From Candidatus Latescibacterota bacterium (GTDB taxonomy: Bacteria > Latescibacterota > UBA2968 > SICM01), in the NCBI GenBank assembly GCA_965217865.1, contig CBDCJO010000002.1, positions 2,400,001 through 2,464,000 of the forward strand: a stretch of DNA of 64,000 nt, in the 5' to 3' direction. The notes below the pieces were generated by a model. The model saw only the letters and a program-made list of their open reading frames with translations, ran no database searches and was not told the origin of the DNA. The translations under genes and the position numbers were made by a program. Every line of letters begins with the position of its first letter. Position 1 is the stretch's first letter. This document shows positions 1-10,644 of the stretch, in pieces.

Positions 1-1230
1 TATCCGATCTGGTCAGACAGGATGGATACCGGGTCACGAGCGTCTACCGACCCGGGGAGGCCTTGAAACTGATTCTCGAAACCTCTGTAGATATCGTCCT
101 CACCGATCTGATGATGCCAGAGATCAACGGCTGGCAGCTTTTGCAGGCCGTTAAAAAGCAGAACCCCGATATCCCGGTTATCGTTTTCACAGGTTATGTT
201 CCGGAACAGGGGGAAGCCCTGCTGACCAGCAGGGATGCCGACGGTTATCTGATCAAACCGATCGAACACCGGCGCATGCAGGTGATGTTGAGGGCCCTCC
301 TCTTTTCCCATAACCTCGGGAGGCCTTGCAGAGGTGGTGCTGGTCGACGACGACAGCGGCACGTTGAAGGCAGTGGAGGCCGCCCTGAGCGCCAGAGGGA
401 TCTTTGTGGTCCCCTTTTCGGATCCGGATGAAGCCCGCCTCTATATCCACAAGACCCCGCCGGACCTCGTCCTTACGGTCCCCGTCTTCGAGGGCGCGGA
501 CTTCGGCGGATTTATGATCGGCATCTTTCGCGTTCAGGAACTGTTCGACTTCATTCTGCATCAACACGTAGCAGCGGGATACGCGATTGCGGTATACGAC
601 GATGAGGAGGAGATATACAAGCAGTGGGGACATCCCCGAAGAAGGAGAGCGATGGCGTCAGGATTTGAAAATCGACCTGTATGGCGTTTCTTGGACGGTT
701 CGCGTTTGGCCCATGCCGGATACCCTGACCGACGCACAATCCCTTCTCCCTGAAGTCACGTTGGTCAGTGGCCTGCTGATGGCTGTTCTGTTGGCCCTGT
801 CGGTATACCTTTATCAGACCGCGCGATTCCGCGCGGAGGCCCTTCGTGAGAGCGAAGCCAGGTTTCGAGACCTTTATGACGAAGCACCGGTTGGCTTGGC
901 TACCACGAGATCGATACGGAAGGTCGTTTCCGCAGGGTCAACCGAACCGCCCAAACCCTGCTCGGCTACACCGAACAGGAGATGCTGGGGCGACACCCGT
1001 GGGAGTTTATCGTCGAGCAGGAGGCGTCTCGTCGGGCGATCCAGGAAAAACTCGCAGGGTCTGAATCCCCTCGATCATATGGGCGAACCTGGCGGCGAAA
1101 AGACGGCTCCGTGATGAAGGTCCTGATGCAGGACAAGACCCTTCGAGACGCGGATGGGCGAGTTGCCGGCGTTCGAGCAATAGTCCAGGATATTACAGAG
1201 CCGAGGGACGCAGATTCGGATTCCGCTTAA
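1..1230 (+). pseudogene. Fragmented signalling gene: receiver domain(s), partial CHASE-like sensor, TM helix and PAS domain over four frames; start lies outside the window
   Basis: REC motifs (VLTDLMMPEING, GYLIKP; VLVDDD), CHASE-like VPVF..GFMIGIF..YAIAVYD, hydrophobic helix, PAS (EAPVGYHEID..RRKDGS..VQDITE); frameshifts near 326, 630 and 895. Confidence 0.65.
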
Positions 1231-1347
1231 GGACTTTGTCGCGAATAGATGATTCATATATCTCCCCGGAAAGGTGAAAAACTCAATGATGCATCGGGCA
1301 CCGGGATGGGCCGGCACCCTCTGACCTTCTGAATCAGGAGAACTCTA

Positions 1348-2353
1348 ATGCCCACCGATTCAATCCTCGTCGTGGATGACGAAGACGGCGTACGGGATCT
1401 GCTCATGAACTTTCTTAAGCTCAAGGGCTACAGGATGTCTGAGGCCACGAGCGGGGAGGAAGCATTGACCCTTCTTGACCAGAACCCCGACCTGCTGATC
1501 ACAGACTTCAAGATGTCCGGTATGGATGGCCTTGCGCTGGCCAAAAATTCGCTGGCGGTTCAACCGGACAGGCCCGTGATCCTCATGACTGCTTTTGCGG
1601 ACGTGGATAACGCCCGTGAATCGGTCACCATCGGAATCTACGATTTTATCCTGAAACCGTTCGATCTTGTAGACTTTGAAAACGCCGTCAGCAGGGCCCT
1701 TAAACACCGCCATCTTGTGTTGGAGAACAAAGAGTACCAACGCAACCTGGAGCAAATGGTGGAAAAACGGACGATGGAGTTGCAGGAAGCCCTGTGATAG
1801 GCTTGATCGGAAGGTCAAAGAACTGGAAGCACGGGACAGGGTAAACCAGCTCCTTTTAACCGTGCATACCCCGGATGAGACCTTTTCTTCGATCATTGAA
1901 GCCGTACAGATTGCCCTCGACGCCGAGCGGGTAGTGCTTTTTCTCCCAGACGCATCGAGAAAGGAATTGGAGCCGGTATGCGGCGTCGGCGTTCGGGAAC
2001 GGGGGGACATGGCCAATCCGGATGTCCTGATGGGCCTCACCGATTCCTGGATAGAGGAAGCCTCTGCCTCCGCGGCTCGGGCATTCCAGGAGGGACGGGT
2101 GGTTTCGGAGGGCGAAAATGAAAGATTAACCCGTGCCGCAGTCCCGATGCTAAGGCTGGGGGAGGGTGTAGGCGTCGTATTCGTGCAGAATCCCTTCAGC
2201 GGAAAGTCCTTTGGAGATGAAGACCTTCACGAGTTGACCGGCCTGACTGCTCAGGCGGCTGTCGCTATCAGCGACGCTTCAATGTACGGCGACAGCGATT
2301 CGTGGAAGGCCATCATAGAGGATCTGGGAGATCTCACATCCAAGCAGGGATGA
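1348..2353 (+). CDS. Response regulator receiver + coiled coil + GAF domain protein, split by one frameshift near 1790
   Basis: ILVVDDE..LLITDFKMSGMDG..FILKPF in ORF 1348-1797; GAF (AAVPML..GVVFVQN..FGDEDLHEL) in ORF 1676-2353; removing one C at GAAGCCCTGTGAT joins them. Confidence 0.75.
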
Positions 2354-2440
2354 TTCAAACCGTTCGACTGATTGAAAGAGGATGGGCGCCGAACAGAGGT
2401 AGGGGTTGTCGGGTGATCCAACACCTTGAGGCACAAGCCC

Positions 2441-4246
2441 ATGGATGACCGGAAGGAACGACCTGAAGAAGATCCGGGTCCGGAGGAATCCCCCTGGGGA
2501 AATGGGGGTCCAGGCTCCGGTGTGGATTTGACCCGGGATATCCTCGCCGAGATGGAGAGGGTCTTCAATGCCTTCCGCGACGGTATCTCCCATTTGCAGA
2601 ATGATCCGTTGCGGGCGTTTCTCGTGGAACCGGGTGATTGTGTTCTCCACATCCTGCCGGAGCTGGAAAAACAATCGAGTTTGAACGAATCCTTTCTGAT
2701 CTGTAACAATCAAAATGAAATCTTCAAGACCGGTCCAAACGTCCGTCTATCCGACAATCATTTGCGCTACCAAGCAGAGATATTCGGATATCCGATCATC
2801 TACAAATCTATGGTGTCGATCTTTTCTCCCATCATCCTCTCCAGAGATAAAATGACCGCCTCCTACCTGAACCTGCCGCTTATGGTCCAGTCTCGCCAGG
2901 TATCCGAATCATTGATTCAGGGAGCCCTTTCACGGTCGGGAATCGTGCACAGAATCGATCACGAGGCGATCGACGAAATTTGCTCGGGGGGGAACGGGAG
3001 GCGGATGGTCGTCGTCGCGCGCGGAACCGAACCCATTTCAGGAACCGCCGGTCAGATGGATCTGAAATGGGCAGGGGTCATCGAGCCCGGGGGGTTGGTC
3101 GGGGAAGACGGGGGAATTGACGTTAAGAAATCCAAGAGTGTCATCAAGGCTGGCCACTGCATCGCTATCTATACCAAAGCCACCAAAGGCACCCCTGGAA
3201 CCACAGTCACGGGCGAATCTGTACCGGCAATCAGCGGAGTGGATGCTCCGCCGAAGGTTGGGAACAACATCGATTGTCCGGAGGACGAAAATACGATTCA
3301 ATACCTTGCAAAAGAGAGCGGACGCGTGCGATTTTCCAAGAACAAGCTACGCGTGCACACGGTTTATCAGGTGCGTGGAGATGTCAACGGAAAAACAGGA
3401 AATGTCCATTTTATCGGCGATGTGGAGGTGATCGGAAGGGTCATGTCGGGCTTCACGGTGAAGGCTGGGGGATCGATCAGGGTCGGGGGGAGTGTGGAGG
3501 CCGGAGCTAAGCTGGAAGCGGGAGAGGATGTGTTCGTGGGAAACGGGATTTCCGGACACAACACTTCGGTGAAGGCTGGGGGCGACCTGTTGGCTCGGTT
3601 TATCGCAAACTCATCCGTCGAGGCAGATGGGGAAATCATCGCCGGGAGTTATATTCAAAAAGCCACGGTCACCGGCGGTTCAAACATCAGGGTCCACGGT
3701 CACGGACGTCTCAGGAGGCAGACCAGCGCTGCGGTAGGTGGGAGCCTGATGGCCGTGGAGGGAATGCGAATCGCCTCGGCCGGTTCTGTCTTCGGGGCTC
3801 AAACGCAGTTGATCGCGGGTATAGACCCCAGAGACTTTGAGCGGATGCAGAAAATCAAGGGGGGAATCGAATTTTGCAACGCAAACGGGGCAAGGATCCT
3901 TCGCACCCTTGGCGTCTCAAGGGTCTCAAACGAAAGCCTTAAACAGGCCATGGAGAATGCCCCCCCCGAAAAACAAAGCATCTATGTCCTCCTGGTGGCC
4001 AAACTTCAGGAACTCGCCAAGCTGCGCGTAAAATTCCTGAATGAGGGAGATCAGATCAGGGAGCACCAGAGTGAAATCCTCCAGGGGGCGATCATTCAGA
4101 TAGATGGGTCGGTTTTCCCAGGTGTCCAGGTGCAGATCGGCGCTCTGGCCTCGCCCGTGATCACCGAACTGGAAGCCGTCAAGTTCCATCTCGATGTCAA
4201 AGAGAGAAAGATCATCCCGAAAGCCATGCTGAAGGAGATGGTATAG
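2441..4246 (+). CDS. FapA / DUF342 family protein
   Basis: VARGTEPISGTAG, GTPGTTVTGE, VRGDVNGKTGNVHFIGDVEVIGRV beta-helix repeats, C-terminal GSVFPGVQVQIG. Confidence 0.8.
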   Translation: MDDRKERPEEDPGPEESPWGNGGPGSGVDLTRDILAEMERVFNAFRDGISHLQNDPLRAFLVEPGDCVLHILPELEKQSSLNESFLICNNQNEIFKTGPNVRLSDNHLRYQAEIFGYPIIYKSMVSIFSPIILSRDKMTASYLNLPLMVQSRQVSESLIQGALSRSGIVHRIDHEAIDEICSGGNGRRMVVVARGTEPISGTAGQMDLKWAGVIEPGGLVGEDGGIDVKKSKSVIKAGHCIAIYTKATKGTPGTTVTGESVPAISGVDAPPKVGNNIDCPEDENTIQYLAKESGRVRFSKNKLRVHTVYQVRGDVNGKTGNVHFIGDVEVIGRVMSGFTVKAGGSIRVGGSVEAGAKLEAGEDVFVGNGISGHNTSVKAGGDLLARFIANSSVEADGEIIAGSYIQKATVTGGSNIRVHGHGRLRRQTSAAVGGSLMAVEGMRIASAGSVFGAQTQLIAGIDPRDFERMQKIKGGIEFCNANGARILRTLGVSRVSNESLKQAMENAPPEKQSIYVLLVAKLQELAKLRVKFLNEGDQIREHQSEILQGAIIQIDGSVFPGVQVQIGALASPVITELEAVKFHLDVKERKIIPKAMLKEMV

Positions 4247-4310
4247 AACTCTTATTCCGCCTCGGGCCGTCCTGGGAACAAGGAAACGCTCATGGTAGCC
4301 CAGACAGGTC

Positions 4311-5333
4311 TCAGCTTGCCCCCCTATCCCCGTGCGACCTGGCATAGTGGCGAGCCAGCAGATCGTCCCCCCAATCGTCCGAAATGTCCCTCCAAACCGT
4401 ATGAATATGGTTGGCCTGGTTCTGGGTGTTGTCGTATTCTACGAAGAAACTGGGCCCATGTAACCGATAATAATGCCCTCGCCCCGGCTCATCTGAGCCA
4501 GCCCAGGCGAAGTGGATATAGGTTTTTCCCTCTTTCTCGATCCGGTTCATTCGGGTATCCGCTACATCTTCGGGCATTCTCGTGATAAATTCCATCACAA
4601 GGTCCATCATTTTTCCTCTCTGATCCTCTGTCATATCCTCTCCGCCAATCCCGTCAGGGGAATCAGGTTTCACGTGTTTTTCTTCGCGGGTCAGGATGTC
4701 CCGGGGCGCAACGTCGGAGATAACCGCCCGCCCGCGTCGGGAGTCGTCCAGGGATCCAAGCAGACTGCGGGCAAGGTCCTCTTCGGCCGCAAGTACACGA
4801 AATCCCAACAGATCACCGTCTGGAACTCTCGCGGGATTCGCCCCGAAGAAATTCGGTGTAGGCGCGATCCTGTTCCCGTCCATAATGAGAAAGTTGACCG
4901 ATATGTGATGGCCTTCCAACCGCCAACCCCAGCGAGACTCAAGCGACGGAGCACCGAATATCGTCGCATAATAGAGGTCCGGATCCCGGATAAAACGACC
5001 ACCGGATCCCTCCAGCCGCGCCAGGGTCGATTCCAGACCCATGATCGAAACGGCCTTTGCATATCCTCGTCGGCTCAAACCACTCGAGAGCAGGACGTGC
5101 AGGAACTTCTGCTGGCTGCTGTCCATCTCCTTCAACGGCAATCCGCAGCGGTCCTTCGGGATATAGTGCCAGTTGAAGCGCTCTTCGTCTTCGACCTGAA
5201 ACAGGACCCGTTCCCGTTGGCCCGGACTTAAAGAAGCCAGAAAGGTCGTGGCAGACTCCACCATCCGCTGTGCGGTCTCAGACTCTAACTCACGGGGTGT
5301 ATCGACCGCCGCCGAGGGTGATCGAATGTCCAT
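4311..5333 (-). CDS. DUF3500 domain protein
   Basis: WHYIP..GLPL, WGWRLEGHHISVN, YYRLHGPSFFVEYDNTQ..NHIHTVWRD..DWG motifs. Confidence 0.85.
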   Translation of the reverse strand: MDIRSPSAAVDTPRELESETAQRMVESATTFLASLSPGQRERVLFQVEDEERFNWHYIPKDRCGLPLKEMDSSQQKFLHVLLSSGLSRRGYAKAVSIMGLESTLARLEGSGGRFIRDPDLYYATIFGAPSLESRWGWRLEGHHISVNFLIMDGNRIAPTPNFFGANPARVPDGDLLGFRVLAAEEDLARSLLGSLDDSRRGRAVISDVAPRDILTREEKHVKPDSPDGIGGEDMTEDQRGKMMDLVMEFITRMPEDVADTRMNRIEKEGKTYIHFAWAGSDEPGRGHYYRLHGPSFFVEYDNTQNQANHIHTVWRDISDDWGDDLLARHYARSHGDRGAS

Positions 5334-5394
5334 CTCAGTACGCTCCACAGGTTTTATTGATTCGAATCCCAACGGAACATCCGTCGATTCTACC

Positions 5395-5424
5395 TTGACA
5401 CCGCAACCACGGTGGGGGTAACTT
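5395..5424 (+). promoter_or_regulatory. Putative sigma70 promoter upstream of a small ORF
   Basis: TTGACA-18 bp-TAACTT. Confidence 0.35.
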
Positions 5425-5529
5425 TAGTTTTAGGTTCCGGATCGGATTCGGTGCTTCAAGCCTGTATTCCTGATTTCCTTATATGGTTTTGCCTTCACTC
5501 TGAATTCTGATTCTGTGTACTATTTATTG

Positions 5530-5631
5530 ATGTCACTCTCTATAATGGAAATCGTACTGACCGCCGTCCTCCTCTTATCCCTCTTTGGGGCGGCATTCGT
5601 GGGTCTCAAGGCGACTCAGAAGAAAAAGTGA
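5530..5631 (+). CDS. Putative 33-aa single-TM small protein (MSLSIMEIVLTAVLLLSLFGAAFVGLKATQKKK)
   Basis: Manual translation: hydrophobic helix and Lys-rich tail; too short for the ORF track. Confidence 0.45.
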   Translation: MSLSIMEIVLTAVLLLSLFGAAFVGLKATQKKK

Positions 5632-5693
5632 AGTCCAATGTCTTACCATCCTGAATTCTGTTTTTGACATCTGCGCGCTTTCGTCTTTTATTT

Positions 5694-5960
5694 TCAATTC
5701 CGGCTTCTGTATTCTGTATTCTTCTTCCCACTCTTCTTCGCCTCACGGAGCCATCCCTCCGGATTCTCCATAAGCGTCAATTGCGATGCGATCCAATGCC
5801 TGAGACGTCGCATTTTAGCCCCTTGAGGGACGAGCGCTGAGGCTTCCCACCGTTCGATATCCCGCACACCTATCTTCAGTTTTCTCGCCAGCTCCCCGCG
5901 ACTGATTCCAGCGAAATTCCGAAGGTAAGGCAGGTCCACAAGACGAAAAGATTTGGACAT
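5694..5960 (-). CDS. XRE-family helix-turn-helix protein
   Basis: LRNFAGISRGELARKLKIGVRDIERWEAS..PQG. Confidence 0.65.
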   Translation of the reverse strand: MSKSFRLVDLPYLRNFAGISRGELARKLKIGVRDIERWEASALVPQGAKMRRLRHWIASQLTLMENPEGWLREAKKSGKKNTEYRSRN

Positions 5961-5966
5961 CGATTC

Positions 5967-5994
5967 AATCTAAGCGGTGTTTTGGATTTGTCAA
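5967..5994 (-). promoter_or_regulatory. sigma70 promoter giving a probably leaderless XRE mRNA
   Basis: TTGACA-16 bp-TAGATT, with the ATG 6 nt downstream and no RBS. Confidence 0.5.
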
Positions 5995-6127
5995 GAACGG
6001 GAATATCGAGTCCCGGTTAGATTCATCGTTTGTCTACGTCCAATTCGTCCGCCGGGACGATTTATACTTTATTATTTGCAATGCTTTTCGAATGCCACTC
6101 ACCCCCTCATCACCTAGCCCATTAAAT

Positions 6128-6176
6128 TGAAAAAGACGGGCGTTCTTCGCCTCCCTGAGACCAAGAATGCCCGTCA
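6128..6176 (-). terminator. Intrinsic terminator downstream of cdaA
   Basis: GACGGGCATTCTT...AAGAACGCCCGTC stem followed by TTTTT on the minus strand. Confidence 0.6.
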
Positions 6177-6283
6177 GGTCCATCACACCCCTGCGGTTGT
6201 CCTAGAAACGCCGTCCCTTTAACCGATCGGATTCCCTATTTGCGATTGCTTTCGTCTTTTATTCTGTATTCTGCTTTTCCCTT

Positions 6284-7741
6284 TCACCCCCGCCCCACGC
6301 TAACGCGCACGAGGACCGTGGTGGGTTCGCCAGGCGTAATTTTGATAGGAAGCGGAGGAGGCTGAACCTCCACGATCCTTTCTTCACCGTCTTGGAGATC
6401 ATTGAGATCGATGTGCTCCGTCGAAATCTCTTTCAATTCCTGAATCTCTGAAGCCCACCCGGATACCTTGAGGCTCTCGGGCTCTACGAGATGCTCGATC
6501 AGACGGAGACCCCGCGAGAGCCGGCCTACAAATCTGATCTTTACCGGAAGCCTCCGTTCAACTTTTTCATCCAGTTTGACCATGATCGTTTGGGGATCGA
6601 TACTGAGCACGTCCACACCCGGAGGCAGATTCAAATTTTGGGAGGTAATCGGAAGGCTATGGATTCCGGCAGAAACGCCCGAAAGCTCGACCTCCGCACG
6701 GGTCTCACCCGGGGCAAGGGAGCGGATCCGGATTCGAGTCCCTTCGATCTGAACGTTCACCCATTTCGTCGGATCAAGCATCGAGAACCTGCGGGACAAA
6801 TTCCTGTACTCCACAGGGGCTTGGATGGAAATGACCAGCGGCTGTCCGAACACGAAGAAATACCACGCCAGGGAGACGATACACAGAACGGCAGCCATCG
6901 TGCCCATGCGGAAAAGGGGGGCCCGAAGGTTGGGGATCGGCGACCGACGAAGGGGTTCTGGCGTCAGCAGGTCCTGGAGCCGAGCCGTCAACACCTCTGC
7001 CGACGGGACTTCACCGATCCGGCCCGCGTAGGCCAGGGAAACCGTGCCTCTTTCCTCGGACACGATGACGGTAACGGCATCTGTCTCCTTTGCTATCCCC
7101 AGGCCCGCGCGGTGCCGGGTCCCGTACATCCCAGGAAGGTCAGCGTCCGGGGCAAGCGGCAAATAACAACCCGCACGCCGGATCCGACCGCCCGTAACGA
7201 TCACGGCCCCATCGTGGAGCGGAGAATTTGGGTAGAAAATCGTGCTCAGCAACTCGGGGCTCAGCCGACCTTCTACCGCGGTCCCCTCCAGGACGTGGCC
7301 TTCCAATTTGTTCTTTCGCTCGAAGACGATCAGCGATCCCACCCGCCGATCCGCCAACTCGAATACCGCCCGAGCCACCGCGGTGAGTTCAGCGACGCCC
7401 GGCGCGGGAGGAGCCCCAAAAAGGATCTGGATAGGGTTTGCCCGGGACAGGGCCTGGTGGATGTCGGACTGGAAGAGGATGATCAGGAGGATGAGCAGGA
7501 CTGCCCAAAGTTCCTCGAACAGCCATGTCGTCGCGATCAGGTCGACCCGACTGGAGATCAAGTAGAGGACGGCCAGGAAACCCAGGCCCAGTAGTGCCTG
7601 CAGGGCCTTGGTATATCTCAACCAGAGATAGAGGCGGTAGGTGAGGTAAGTAACGATCAGGATGTCGACCCCGTCCCGCCATCTGAGAGCGCTCAGGAAC
7701 GCGGCGACATCCTGCCATTGGAATGGCGGAAGTGCACCCAT
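6284..7741 (-). CDS. cdaA: Diadenylate cyclase CdaA fused to YbbR (CdaR) domains
   Basis: Three N-terminal TMs, DAC motifs SPLHDGAV, GTRHRAG and VSEERG, a further TM, then YbbR repeats. Confidence 0.9.
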   Translation of the reverse strand: MGALPPFQWQDVAAFLSALRWRDGVDILIVTYLTYRLYLWLRYTKALQALLGLGFLAVLYLISSRVDLIATTWLFEELWAVLLILLIILFQSDIHQALSRANPIQILFGAPPAPGVAELTAVARAVFELADRRVGSLIVFERKNKLEGHVLEGTAVEGRLSPELLSTIFYPNSPLHDGAVIVTGGRIRRAGCYLPLAPDADLPGMYGTRHRAGLGIAKETDAVTVIVSEERGTVSLAYAGRIGEVPSAEVLTARLQDLLTPEPLRRSPIPNLRAPLFRMGTMAAVLCIVSLAWYFFVFGQPLVISIQAPVEYRNLSRRFSMLDPTKWVNVQIEGTRIRIRSLAPGETRAEVELSGVSAGIHSLPITSQNLNLPPGVDVLSIDPQTIMVKLDEKVERRLPVKIRFVGRLSRGLRLIEHLVEPESLKVSGWASEIQELKEISTEHIDLNDLQDGEERIVEVQPPPLPIKITPGEPTTVLVRVSVGRG

Positions 7742-7763
7742 GGAAGGACAGCCTAAATGACCG

Positions 7764-10640
7764 TTATTTCGATTCTAGGGTATAAACCGAATCCCAATCC
7801 GCCGGGGGCGGATTCAGTTTGTATTCCTGACAGCGTTTTACGAATACATGGGAAGGACCCTCGTTGGGCCGGGCTTTCAATGCCGCCTCGAAATAGGCGA
7901 TGGCCTCGTCCCATTTTTTCTGCGTGTACATCTCGTACCCTTTGGCGAAAACCTCGGATGCCTCCATCCTGGCCGGATCCACCTGCCCTTTTCGACCGAG
8001 GATTTCGAAAACCTTGACGGGCTCCTCCTTGCCCACAACCCGGATCGCATCCAGAAGGCGCGCCTCGATGATCCCTGCGGTTTTTTCGTAGGTCTCCTCA
8101 GAGATCATCGTTAAAACCCCGTACTGCTTCCCGGCCGTCTCCAGACGGGCGGCGAGGTTGACCGCATCCCCCATGACCGTGTAATCCACCCGGGTCTTGG
8201 ATCCCATGTTGCCGACCACCATCCGACCTGTATTGACACCCATCCGGACCTGGAAGAAATCCCCTCGACCCTCTTCAGCCCACTTCTGCCTGAGTTCTGT
8301 CATCTCCCCGCGCTCCTCCCAGCCCTTGCGAAGCTTATCGATCTCGTCCTGCATATCGATGCAGGCCAGAACGGCTCTCTCCGCGTGATCCTCGGTCGGG
8401 ATCGGCGCCCCGTAAAATGCGATGATCGCGTCCCCCTCGAACTTGTCGATGGTCCCCCCCTGCTTGCCGATCAGGTCGCACATCTCCGTGAGGTACTGGT
8501 TGAGCAGAGCGACAAGATCCGTGGGCATAAGGTTCTCGCATATCGTGGAGAAGCTCGCAACGTCTGAGAAAAACACCGTCATCAGTCGTTCTTCTCCACC
8601 CAGCCGATCGACCATTTCGGGATTCTCAACCAGGTTTTCCACGACCTTCGGGTCGAGGTAGTGCCCGAAGGCCCCCTGCACAAAGTCCCTCTCCTTCTCC
8701 TTCTGGATATAGTTGTAGATCGTGATACTCAGGTAGCCGAAGACCAGGGTGCCGACCGGTCCGACCAGATCGATCCAGATGCCCCCGTGCGTGAACAGCA
8801 GGAACGCCCCGACGATATATGAAACCATGAGGATCACCATCCATAACGCGCCGTCCAGAGCCTTGAATCTGGGGACCATAAAACCCATCAAGAGCCCCAG
8901 GCCGAGGACCACCAGGTCATTCATCAAGTCGGATACCCGTTTCAGGAAATTCTCGGTAATGATGGTGTTGAACACGTTGGGGTAGATCCCCACGAGTGGA
9001 TATCCCGCCTCGTAAGGGGTCGGGTTGATGTCGTGTGTCCCCGTGGCGGTCAGACCGTAAAAAAACACCTTCCCTTTTATGTCATCCGGGGTGACCTGTT
9101 GTACTTTCCCCATGGACAGAATCGTGATCGGTTTGAACGGTGGAAAGTAGAGCGGACGATCCGTTGCCTGGACCTTCCCGTCTTGTATGATTTTCCCAAG
9201 GATCTCCACGCTCACGCTTGCCTTCTCCGTCGATACCCCAGGAATCCTGGAAGCGATCTGTTCCGGTGTGGCGATCCCATCCCGGTCCATCTGCTGGGCG
9301 ACAAGATTGTTGATCCGCACCGCATCCAGGGTGGTGAGCAAACCTCTGACCTGGCTCACATACTCCTCTGACGGGGCGAATTGCTCGATCTCGGATGCGG
9401 GGGAATCGGGGCCTAAATCGGCCGGGACCTGTTCCATGGTCAATCCGAAGAGTTGCGCGAAGACCTCGGAGGTTTTGACGTGCGGGTCCGCCCGAACGGC
9501 TTGTTCCATCAACCCTGCGACCTCCAGGGAGGCCTGGTACCCGCCCACAAGTCCGGGGTCGTGGACCCCCTGCTGTTGGGCAAGCGCCACCAGTTGTTCA
9601 AAGTCTCCCTGGGCCTCCGGGTACTCGACGAAGATCCGTTTCACGATCCGCAGGGCTTCTAGCGCCTTCCTGTCTTCGGACAACCGCGAAATCGTGATAT
9701 GCGGAAAGGATTGGAATGTCTCGAGGAACCCGCCCGCCCAGTTCACGAGCAACTGGCCTTTCGGGTCGATGGGGATCTCGATGTCCTTGACACCACCATC
9801 CGTCATGTGGGCGTTTGGAAGACGAATGTAGCCCTCGCCTTCCTCCACCTTAATGTTGGTGAGTGGTACTTGAAGATAGTCGCAGACCATGATCAGGGCG
9901 AGGGAGGGCACGATGCGGCCCTCATAAAAAAGGACCAGGGGAAACTTCCGCCGTGTCCCGTCCACGTCCGGATCCGCCTGTGCAAACCCCACACCTTTGG
10001 CGGCCTCGACGAGGGAGTTCAGGGGAGGATGGATGTCGCGCATCACCTTTAACGTGGTCTCCCTTCCCTCCGGATAGGGAATCAACAGCCCCTTGGACGC
10101 CAGAGTCTCCAGCGCCCCCTCCCGCTCCGGGTCCAGCGGCCTCACCTGATCCCCTTCTTCCATCGCATCCAGGTACTGCCCCAGATAAACTATGCCTGAT
10201 TCCCGGAAGGCCGAGGCCAAGTCTCCGTCATAGTCCATGACAAGGGAAAGGACCTCGTCCCGATTGAAGATTTCAAGACTCAGGAGCTGCTCTTGAGAGA
10301 CCTTGACTTCGCTCGGTTCCAGGAAGAAGACGTCGAATCCGACCATCCGTCCACCGAACTCATGGATCGAGCGAACGATCTTGGCGTGTTTGTCACGTGT
10401 CCAGTCCTGCCATCGCCCTTCGCTGGCCAGGGTCCTGTCGTCCACGTTCACGGTCGCCAGGTTCGGATCCATCCGGATGGGTCCGAAGATGGCCGTCCTC
10501 TGAAGAAACCGCTGATCGTAGGTTTTGAGCTCCGCGATCTCATACAGATTGGTGGAAGACAGCATGATCATAAAGAGGCTGCCACCCAGACCCAGAAAGA
10601 CGTGTGCATAGGATGTTTTATTAGCCTTCTTTTCTTTCAT
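7764..10640 (-). CDS. CHASE2-domain class III adenylate cyclase with C-terminal TPR
   Basis: CHASE2 (GRWQDWTR, GFDVFF, DPDVDGTRR), 3 TMs, FSDVASFS, IDKFEGDA, DYTVMGDAVNLAARLE, VVGKEEPV. Confidence 0.9.
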   Translation of the reverse strand: MKEKKANKTSYAHVFLGLGGSLFMIMLSSTNLYEIAELKTYDQRFLQRTAIFGPIRMDPNLATVNVDDRTLASEGRWQDWTRDKHAKIVRSIHEFGGRMVGFDVFFLEPSEVKVSQEQLLSLEIFNRDEVLSLVMDYDGDLASAFRESGIVYLGQYLDAMEEGDQVRPLDPEREGALETLASKGLLIPYPEGRETTLKVMRDIHPPLNSLVEAAKGVGFAQADPDVDGTRRKFPLVLFYEGRIVPSLALIMVCDYLQVPLTNIKVEEGEGYIRLPNAHMTDGGVKDIEIPIDPKGQLLVNWAGGFLETFQSFPHITISRLSEDRKALEALRIVKRIFVEYPEAQGDFEQLVALAQQQGVHDPGLVGGYQASLEVAGLMEQAVRADPHVKTSEVFAQLFGLTMEQVPADLGPDSPASEIEQFAPSEEYVSQVRGLLTTLDAVRINNLVAQQMDRDGIATPEQIASRIPGVSTEKASVSVEILGKIIQDGKVQATDRPLYFPPFKPITILSMGKVQQVTPDDIKGKVFFYGLTATGTHDINPTPYEAGYPLVGIYPNVFNTIITENFLKRVSDLMNDLVVLGLGLLMGFMVPRFKALDGALWMVILMVSYIVGAFLLFTHGGIWIDLVGPVGTLVFGYLSITIYNYIQKEKERDFVQGAFGHYLDPKVVENLVENPEMVDRLGGEERLMTVFFSDVASFSTICENLMPTDLVALLNQYLTEMCDLIGKQGGTIDKFEGDAIIAFYGAPIPTEDHAERAVLACIDMQDEIDKLRKGWEERGEMTELRQKWAEEGRGDFFQVRMGVNTGRMVVGNMGSKTRVDYTVMGDAVNLAARLETAGKQYGVLTMISEETYEKTAGIIEARLLDAIRVVGKEEPVKVFEILGRKGQVDPARMEASEVFAKGYEMYTQKKWDEAIAYFEAALKARPNEGPSHVFVKRCQEYKLNPPPADWDSVYTLESK

Positions 10641-10644
10641 GGAG

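Noticed and set aside
6170-6225. Fluoride or c-di-AMP riboswitch
   Set aside because: Only superficial similarity; the pseudoknot pairing and conserved ydaO nucleotides are not present, so it is kept only as an unassigned candidate
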